DNA of 62,678 nucleotides, counting the filler, from Pirum gemmata (taxonomy: Eukaryota): the NCBI GenBank assembly GCA_002812295.1. It is 28 parts of 28 records of this genome, joined end to end, with 100 filler letters (N's around TTAATTAATTAA, not from the genome) between each part and the next. Parts side by side here need not be neighbours in the genome. Positions count along the whole stretch, not along the records: positions 60,761 to 62,678 come from PDIN01009818.1; 27 more parts are not named here. One strand, 5' to 3'. How positions within the stretch are numbered: position 1 is the first letter of the stretch; each line of letters begins with the position of its first letter. The notes beneath the pieces were generated by a model. The model was not told the origin of the DNA, searched no databases, and worked only from the letters and a program-made list of their open reading frames with translations. This document shows positions 61,018 through 62,678 of the stretch, piece after piece. The position numbers were made by a program, and so were the translations under genes.

Positions 61018-62642
61018 TGTTGCGATTTAATTATAAACAGTGTATACCTATATACTTATTGTTTGTTTTGTGCTGATTTTGTTGTTATGACCACTGTTAA
61101 ATGCTGTTTCTATTTAGTTGTTGTGTATTGTGTGTGAACTAATCAACTTTGAACTTATCTTAAAAATGTCTGTAAAAAAAAAAATAATAAAAAAAGTATA
61201 TTACAAATATATATTTTTAAAAGTTTCTAAACAGCACTTTTATGTTATTTATATCGTTTATTTATAAATTACTATACCTACATTCCCGACCTCATAATAT
61301 GATTTTTAAATTTATTATAGACTTGTTTTTTTAAAAAAACATCATCTATATCATCTATACATAATACAAAATTAATATTGATTTTTCTTTTTTTTATTAT
61401 TATTTATTTATTTATTATTATTATACTATTATTATTATAGCTATTATTATCATAATATTACTTGGGATATATTGATATCTCTATCATATCTAGTCTCTAT
61501 CTCTAAATATATGTATCTCTATATATGTATATCGATAGTCTATATATATACCAAAGTATATATAAAAACAAAAAAAAAAAAATCGAGTCCAAAAAAAAAA
61601 CTCATAATCTCTCATAGTCAGATGAGCAGTTCTAGCTAGTAGTCTAGCAGTAGTACTAGCTCATATAGATTTTATATAAAAAAATAGAATATAATAGAAT
61701 ATAGAACTGAATATAGACTATATACCGGTAGTCTAATAATAGTCTAATAATGTAAATTATGTAAATCTATAGCATATTAAACTATACATTAAGTATACTT
61801 GTCCAAATTTGGTACTCTTTTATTTTTTTTTAGTGGGTTGTATTTTTTTTTAAAAAAAGTCAGATCAGGTCCAGGGTCCTTCAGGATTCAGGAGCACTAG
61901 CTGTAGGGAGCACTAGTGCTCCATCCAGTCCATCCAGCAGGGGGCACTGCTCCTGTGTAACAACGCTTTTTTAAAAGCGAATAGATATTATTACAATCAT
62001 CACCTGATCAAAAAATTTAACTTTTTTTGTAAATTTCTTTTTTTAGAATAGTTTGGTTCTATTTTGGAACTGGTGATGTCAAGGTCCATTGGACAAAGCA
62101 CTTTTTCAATGTCCACCCGACGTCGGACATGTCCGAAATTTTTACGGGCGTCTGGGCATTTGGTAGGTCGGGCCCGAAATTTTTCTCAGACAAAAATCCA
62201 AACTAATTAACTTTGTCCAAGGTTTAGGGTTAGGGACTGTTAGGGTTAGGGTTAGGGTTAGGGTTAGGGTCAGGGTGGTTAGGGTTAGGGTTAGGGTTAG
62301 GGTCGGGGCCAGACTTTTTATTTATCGGACCGGAAAGGACATGTCCGACGAAGGGCCGGACCGGGCAGACTCGGACCAGAAGGAAGACCTGACATGCCTG
62401 CTTTGGAGTAGGTTGGAGTTTGGAGTCTACTACCTAGTCTACTACTAGCTGGTAGCTCTAGCTACTCTGGGTCTGGGCTGCACTTTTGGAACACTTTTAC
62501 TGAACACTTTTATGAAAGTCTTTTAGTCCTAGCTATCGATAGCTAGCTAGAACTTTTGAACACCTCCTGCTCTCGTAATTTTTTTATTATTATTATTTAT
62601 ATTATTATTTATATTATTATTATCAGTATTATCATAATATCA

Positions 62643-62677
<35 letters not shown>

Positions 62678-62678
62678 C

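Overview
This window is not one continuous locus. It consists of 28 short pieces (mostly ~1.9-2 kb) from a very AT-rich, microsatellite-rich eukaryotic genome, joined by 27 artificial 100-bp spacers (N44-TTAATTAATTAA-N44). Adjacency across spacers has no biological meaning. The genetic code appears standard, and introns are GT-AG. Recognisable coding content includes a condensation-fold acyltransferase, an ankyrin protein, a class C-like 7TM receptor, chitin synthase 5' exons, two MFS sugar porters, a GH30 glucosylceramidase and two PX-domain proteins. There are also exons for a LIM domain, an MPPED-like metallophosphoesterase, ATP synthase subunit d, the RPB1 CTD, a Vps4-like AAA C-terminus, and a beta-helix/TM receptor. 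Non-coding content includes a tRNA-Glu(UUC), decayed LINE and Ty1/copia RT remnants, several MITE-like families and many interstitial TTAGGG arrays. The gene content suggests an opisthokont, possibly a unicellular holozoan such as an ichthyosporean (inference only). The most striking unexplained signal is the CTAG/TAGTCTA/TATCATA 'soup' in intergenic DNA. It parses as chains of TA-x-TA units that look like nested DNA-transposon excision footprints, and matching filled and empty sites can be seen inside TTAGGG arrays and paralogous repeats. A second signal is that intronic (CCCTAA)n arrays place CTAAC at the expected branch-point position. All assignments come from reading motifs by eye; no database searches were run.
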